Of a stretch of 24,000 bases of DNA, positions 22,523 through 24,000 are shown one piece after another; the first letter of the stretch is position 1, and each line of letters opens with the position of its first letter. Where the stretch lies: sequence record OP413831.1. The stretch is one strand, 5' to 3'. Origin of the DNA: Klebsiella phage pKP-BM327-1.1. The notes under the pieces were generated by a model. The model made no database searches and was not told the origin of the DNA. It saw only the letters and a program-made list of their open reading frames with translations. The position numbers were made by a program, and so were the translations under genes.

Positions 22523-24000
22523 TTACTCCAATAACAAAGCTAATGTTAGTGAAGTAGCAGCAACTGTAGTTACAGATGCACCACCCATTAACTGAACAAC
22601 CAGAGTGTTATCACTCGATCTCAGGTAAGCACTTGATACAGCACCACCCAAAGAGCCATTAGCAGTAACAGAGGTTACCCCTTTGATGTGTGCAATAAGG
22701 CGACTACCCATAGCAAGGGTAGTACTAACTACAGTATTAGCAGCTATTGAGGTTACAGTCCAAGGAACTGTAATAGAAACCATTCTTGCATACTCAATAC
22801 GTAAACCATCAAACAGGAATTGTACGCTGCTATTGTTACGCAATAGTAAAGCCCCACCCGATGCTAACTGAGCAGCATTCAGATACCAGCTATACTCTTT
22901 CCAGCCTGTATTGGCAGGGATAGTAATATAGTTTAATCCAGAAGACTGACCGGATACGGAATCTGTAATAGCGTTACCGTTTAACAAAAGCTGAAGCTGT
23001 GCATCACTACTTTGGGTGTTCTTACAGCGTGCAGTAACTTTAACCATACGGCCTGATGCTAACATATCCTTAGGAATATAAGCTCTACGGAATTCACTAG
23101 ATACAGGGGTATTCATGCAAGTACCGTGTAAAATAGCATCAGCATCTGGCGTATATGTATTATTGTTGAAAGCACCCGTTAATTTGTGTACTGAAATAAA
23201 CTCAACATCATGACGTTTAGCTGCATAAGATGTTGGTTTGTTACCGTCACTAGTACGAATCAAAGGTGGCTCGATATCCTGAGCATACTTACTGGTGTTA
23301 ACTGTAGTCATAGGGGCATTGCTACGATTATTATGCCCAGCAAGAGCACCACCTGCTGTTTTCCAATAATTAGCGTTAGTGCAGCCCCAGGCCATATTGT
23401 CAGAGAATGTTACCCCGTAGTTAGCATTCGCTCCCAGCTCAAGAATAGATTCATACATATTATGATCTGGGTAAAAGTAAACAAATCCATTATCTTTTAT
23501 TGAAACCCTTTCGACTAAACCGCCATAAATTACAGCTTTAGCAGAGGTGTTAGCAGCAGTAGGGGTGGAATCCCACTCAAATTTATTATCATGAATCCAG
23601 ATAAGATCCGCATTGGACTTATCTGACATGTGAATCCAGTTCCCACTGCAAGAACCGAAAGTGTTTTCCCGGATATGCAGGTTATTGACGTTCCATGGAG
23701 CAGTGTCCACATAATCCTTCATTTCAATAACGTGTGCATCTTCAGCCCCAATACTATTCATATAACAGGCTTCTATGCGACTCTCCATGAAGTCTTCCAG
23801 GGAGAAAGCACTACCCTGAGTTTGACGCATACCCACGTTACGGAATTCATGGCTAGAGGCGTGAGATGCTCGAACCATATCTGCCTTACATGCAGTGGAA
23901 GCCCCTAACAGACTTACCCCTGACAAGCCACCACCAATAACACGAGAACCTGAAGTAGTGCCATTGCCTGTGCCTTGAAAATTAAAAGCATATTCTGCAT
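22523..24000 (-). CDS. Tailspike/tail fibre protein, partial (N-terminus outside window)
   Basis: Open frame to the window edge. Beta-helix-like repeated segments (ADLIWIHDNKFEWD..., ERVSIKDNGFVYF..., YGVTFSDNMAWG) then a jelly-roll/CBM-like region (RMVKVTARCKNTQSSDAQLQLLLNGNAIT...SVQFLFDGLRIEYA). Confidence 0.75.
   Translation of the reverse strand, partial: AEYAFNFQGTGNGTTSGSRVIGGGLSGVSLLGASTACKADMVRASHASSHEFRNVGMRQTQGSAFSLEDFMESRIEACYMNSIGAEDAHVIEMKDYVDTAPWNVNNLHIRENTFGSCSGNWIHMSDKSNADLIWIHDNKFEWDSTPTAANTSAKAVIYGGLVERVSIKDNGFVYFYPDHNMYESILELGANANYGVTFSDNMAWGCTNANYWKTAGGALAGHNNRSNAPMTTVNTSKYAQDIEPPLIRTSDGNKPTSYAAKRHDVEFISVHKLTGAFNNNTYTPDADAILHGTCMNTPVSSEFRRAYIPKDMLASGRMVKVTARCKNTQSSDAQLQLLLNGNAITDSVSGQSSGLNYITIPANTGWKEYSWYLNAAQLASGGALLLRNNSSVQFLFDGLRIEYARMVSITVPWTVTSIAANTVVSTTLAMGSRLIAHIKGVTSVTANGSLGGAVSSAYLRSSDNTLVVQLMGGASVTTVAATSLTLALLLE

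Noticed and set aside
1-24000. CRISPR array, transposon, integrase or prophage attachment module
   Set aside because: No regularly spaced repeats, transposase or integrase motifs, or terminal inverted repeats were seen. The gene content looks like a lytic phage.
1-24000. Assignment to Schitoviridae (N4-like) phages
   Set aside because: MoxR/VWA, rII and polymerase content and the triloop hairpins are suggestive, but the expected gp15/gp16-type RNA polymerase genes are not between the early genes and the MoxR gene, and the gene order differs. Left as an open question needing the full genome.

Overview
The window reads as part of a lytic tailed-phage (Caudoviricetes) genome. It has two opposed gene blocks. 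A dense, mostly ATGA-coupled rightward block (~387-20712) carries early, replication and host-takeover genes: three small paralogs resembling the ribosomal L7/L12 C-terminal helix motif, an A1S_2505/macro-like protein, an HNH endonuclease, a lipoprotein, a MoxR-type AAA+ ATPase plus metallopeptidase/VWA pair, a Dda/RecD2-like SF1 helicase, rIIA- and rIIB-like proteins, a family A DNA polymerase with 3'-5' exonuclease, a HAD-type phosphatase, a holin-like membrane protein and a Dam-type methyltransferase. A leftward block (~24000-20758) carries a tailspike/fibre (5' end outside the window), GH24 lysozyme, holin-like protein, overlapping Rz/Rz1 spanins and an Ig-like domain protein. The blocks converge on a strong bidirectional terminator at ~20715. 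The observations most worth follow-up are: (1) two 36-nt hairpin elements at 1232-1267 and 1575-1610 with identical TCC triloops, compensatory stem changes and a conserved downstream flank; (2) the tandem L7/L12-like paralogs; (3) an intergenic block at ~1910-2126 with a terminator, an 8-bp inverted repeat and three copies of AACCTATAnnCTAA; (4) several membrane microproteins missing from the ORF track. I did not find a convincing new defence or mobile system. All functional calls are from motif reading without database searches.
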